This document shows, piece by piece, positions 61,958-64,000 of a stretch of DNA of 64,000 nucleotides (position 1 is its first letter; the number at the start of each line of letters is the position of its first letter). Made by a program: the position numbers and the translations under genes. Below the pieces are notes generated by a model that saw nothing but the letters and a program-made list of their open reading frames with translations, was not told the origin of the DNA and ran no database searches. Where the stretch lies: contig DTSI01000155.1 in the NCBI GenBank assembly GCA_012965425.1, forward strand, positions 55,157-119,156, in the 5' to 3' direction. This stretch comes from Methylococcaceae bacterium (GTDB lineage Bacteria > Pseudomonadota > Gammaproteobacteria > Methylococcales > Methylomonadaceae).

Positions 61958-62005
61958 AATAAACCGCTGAAAGTTCTAAACAGGGCTTTAGCGGTTTATT
62001 TTTTT
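61958..62005 (+). terminator. rho-independent terminator of the micro-ORF transcript
   Basis: 11-bp stem aataaaccgct (61958-61968) / agcggtttatt (61990-62000) followed by TTTTT (62001-62005). Confidence 0.7.
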
Positions 62006-62144
62006 CATCCTTAACATTACCCGCCGTAAACCAGCTCATCCCTCCATCTTAATCTCTCGATATTGACTTCCATCCATTCTTGGTAACGCCCAGTCTTTTA
62101 TTCTTATTCCTTTTAACACCCTGACGTAGCAGTAAATTGAAACA

Positions 62145-63992
62145 ATGCGACAACTCATTGCAACCGCTATAAGACAAAACATTGACACCTCTGTTTCAGC
62201 CACAGGCCTCGCTATATTCCGCTGCCTTTATGGACTTATTGTGTTCCAGGAAACCATCTTCTTATTATTTTTTCGCCACTTAATATTCGACCCAATTCCG
62301 TTTATTGATAACGCATACCCCCTCATTCCTTTATTTCTGATATTTTGGGCATTAATTGGGTTCTGCCTAATTGTTGGCCGCCATTGTCAATTTGCCACGG
62401 TCAGTAACTATTTACTCTGGCTCGTTTTCCTGAATTTTACCCCCATGCGTCATGAGTTTTCGGGCGGCTTCGATCAATTTATGATTGCCAGTGGTTTTTT
62501 ACTGATGTTCTTACCTATTAACCGGGCTTGGTCACTAGACTTACTATTCCATCGCTTAAGAAACCTCACTATTAATTATCCTAAAACACAGAACGTATCC
62601 CTGCTTTGCTACTCTTTGCCGGTCATCTTTTGTCTGTGTTTCTTATATGCCGACTCAGCCATCCATAAACTATGGGCTGAGCATTGGCGAAACGGCTTAG
62701 GTGCCTGGCTCCCTTCAAGCCACCCCTATTATATTTCTGCACTTGATCTTTCATGGCTGCTAAATAACGAACTCCTGCAACGCAGCATCGGCTACATAAT
62801 CATTATTTTTCAATTCACTTTTCCTTTTTTTATTTTTCGACGACAATTTCAACCCCTGCTTCTTATTGTCGGCGCATCTTTACATTTAGGAATTTCCCTG
62901 TCACTGAACATTTATCCGTTCGGTCTTATTATGTTTTTTTTCTATGCGCTTGCAATTCCGCCACATTGGTGGGGAATACTAAAAAAGAAAATAAGCTATA
63001 AATCCCCATTAGTTACGGTTTTTTATCAACCGCAAAACCCTGCCCAGGTTCGCCAAGTAATTTTATTACAACACTTTGATTTTTTTAACGCCATTCAATT
63101 TAAGGATGACCTTAATAATCATTCTCAAAATCTATATACTTTAAACAAACAACAAGAACATTGTTATGGCACTCAGGCGCTTACCATTGTCTTTTACCAC
63201 ATGCGCTACACGCTACCGCTCAGTCTACTGCTTTCTATTCCCGGAATCGGTCCGCTGATTGGTAAAAAACACATTGCTAATAACAAGAATTCAAAACCAA
63301 CCCACCATACAGCCTTACCCCCAACGGTTCTTTATGATCTGTTGCACAGTCAATACCTCAATCAACCCGCTAAATTTATTTACAAATTTTCTAAAATTCT
63401 TTGTTTATTCGTCATCCTACAACTGAATAGCACCATCAATTATGCCTTTTTATACCGACTCAATTTACACGAAAATCCCGCTTTAACGCCCATAACCAAT
63501 GCCAGTAATATTATTTGTGTCTTAAGTCATACTTTTTTAGGCATTACCCCCCACGCACTTTATCTTCACGATCATTTCCAAGGGTATAATCGTATTTTAG
63601 CTATCCAATATCTAGGTAGCGACCATCATTACCACTGGCTACCCTTCATTAATGAACAAGGGCGAATCACCGCCCCTAATTGGGGACGAGTACATTCGAT
63701 GTGGGCCAACAGGGCCGTGACCCCGCATATAAAACAAAAAACAATAACGCAAGCCTTATCAAAGATTACTGCCTTTTGGGGAACCAAAGTGGGACTGACG
63801 CTGAATAACGCCTACTTTCGGATTCTTTCCAAACCTATTCGCTCACCCTCTCAATGGCAATTTAATTTACGCGATGAAAACTTAAATGGACCATGGCAAA
63901 CCATTGGATCTGCTACCTGGCTCAATATGCAATTTAGCACGACATTTAATAACTCTTTTTTTCAAAAAAAACCCCCTGAAAAAAAATACTAA
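62145..63992 (+). CDS. HTTM-domain (vitamin K-dependent gamma-carboxylase-like) polytopic membrane protein with a DCC/DUF393-like middle module and an unknown C-terminal domain
   Basis: 615 aa. The N-terminal ~280 aa match the HTTM pattern (SATGLAIFRCLYGLIVFQE...; LMFLPINRAWSLD). Residues ~290-400 resemble the DCC family but lack CxxC (VFYQPQNPAQV). The last ~200 aa are unassigned. Confidence 0.65.
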   Translation: MRQLIATAIRQNIDTSVSATGLAIFRCLYGLIVFQETIFLLFFRHLIFDPIPFIDNAYPLIPLFLIFWALIGFCLIVGRHCQFATVSNYLLWLVFLNFTPMRHEFSGGFDQFMIASGFLLMFLPINRAWSLDLLFHRLRNLTINYPKTQNVSLLCYSLPVIFCLCFLYADSAIHKLWAEHWRNGLGAWLPSSHPYYISALDLSWLLNNELLQRSIGYIIIIFQFTFPFFIFRRQFQPLLLIVGASLHLGISLSLNIYPFGLIMFFFYALAIPPHWWGILKKKISYKSPLVTVFYQPQNPAQVRQVILLQHFDFFNAIQFKDDLNNHSQNLYTLNKQQEHCYGTQALTIVFYHMRYTLPLSLLLSIPGIGPLIGKKHIANNKNSKPTHHTALPPTVLYDLLHSQYLNQPAKFIYKFSKILCLFVILQLNSTINYAFLYRLNLHENPALTPITNASNIICVLSHTFLGITPHALYLHDHFQGYNRILAIQYLGSDHHYHWLPFINEQGRITAPNWGRVHSMWANRAVTPHIKQKTITQALSKITAFWGTKVGLTLNNAYFRILSKPIRSPSQWQFNLRDENLNGPWQTIGSATWLNMQFSTTFNNSFFQKKPPEKKY

Positions 63993-64000
63993 CTTAAATA

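Overview
This is a compact, roughly 90% coding, AT-rich chromosomal segment. GC content looks like about 40-45% by eye; I did not compute it. Gene order matches a gammaproteobacterium: pcnB-folK-panBCD, lptFG next to pepA-holC-valS, pilBC-coaE-zapD, glyQS-gmhB-plsC, and suhB next to trmJ-cysE-iscS. Several genes hint at a methylotroph- or sulfur-oxidiser-like marine lineage, but I cannot assign a taxon: a PPi-dependent phosphofructokinase, a two-subunit NAD-linked formate dehydrogenase, and a 'quinoprotein-associated' SoxYZ-like carrier with a periplasmic metallo-beta-lactamase (MBL) hydrolase. I found no rRNA, tRNA, CRISPR array, transposase, integrase or phage genes, and no long repeats. Most of the window is ordinary housekeeping DNA. 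Five patches are unusual. (1) The right end (61.0-64.0 kb) looks more AT-rich and is poorly understood. It holds a self-contained 43-codon membrane micro-ORF with its own promoter and terminator, an unknown 3-TM protein, and a 615-aa protein whose HTTM domain (vitamin-K-carboxylase-like) is fused to a degenerate DCC-like module. This is my best candidate for an undescribed system, and it may continue past the window edge. (2) A lysR-MBL-SoxYZ-like operon lies divergent from the formate dehydrogenase genes, with paired TCAT-N5-ATGA operators between them. (3) A ThiI-like PP-loop ATPase is ATGA-coupled to a TusA sulfur carrier and followed by a CDF transporter. (4) MetH shows an in-frame loss of a universally conserved helix. 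(5) The isc locus is stripped down (no iscR, iscU, hscBA or fdx) and the pil locus lacks pilD. All functional calls come from reading motifs and aligning by eye to remembered reference proteins. No database search was run.
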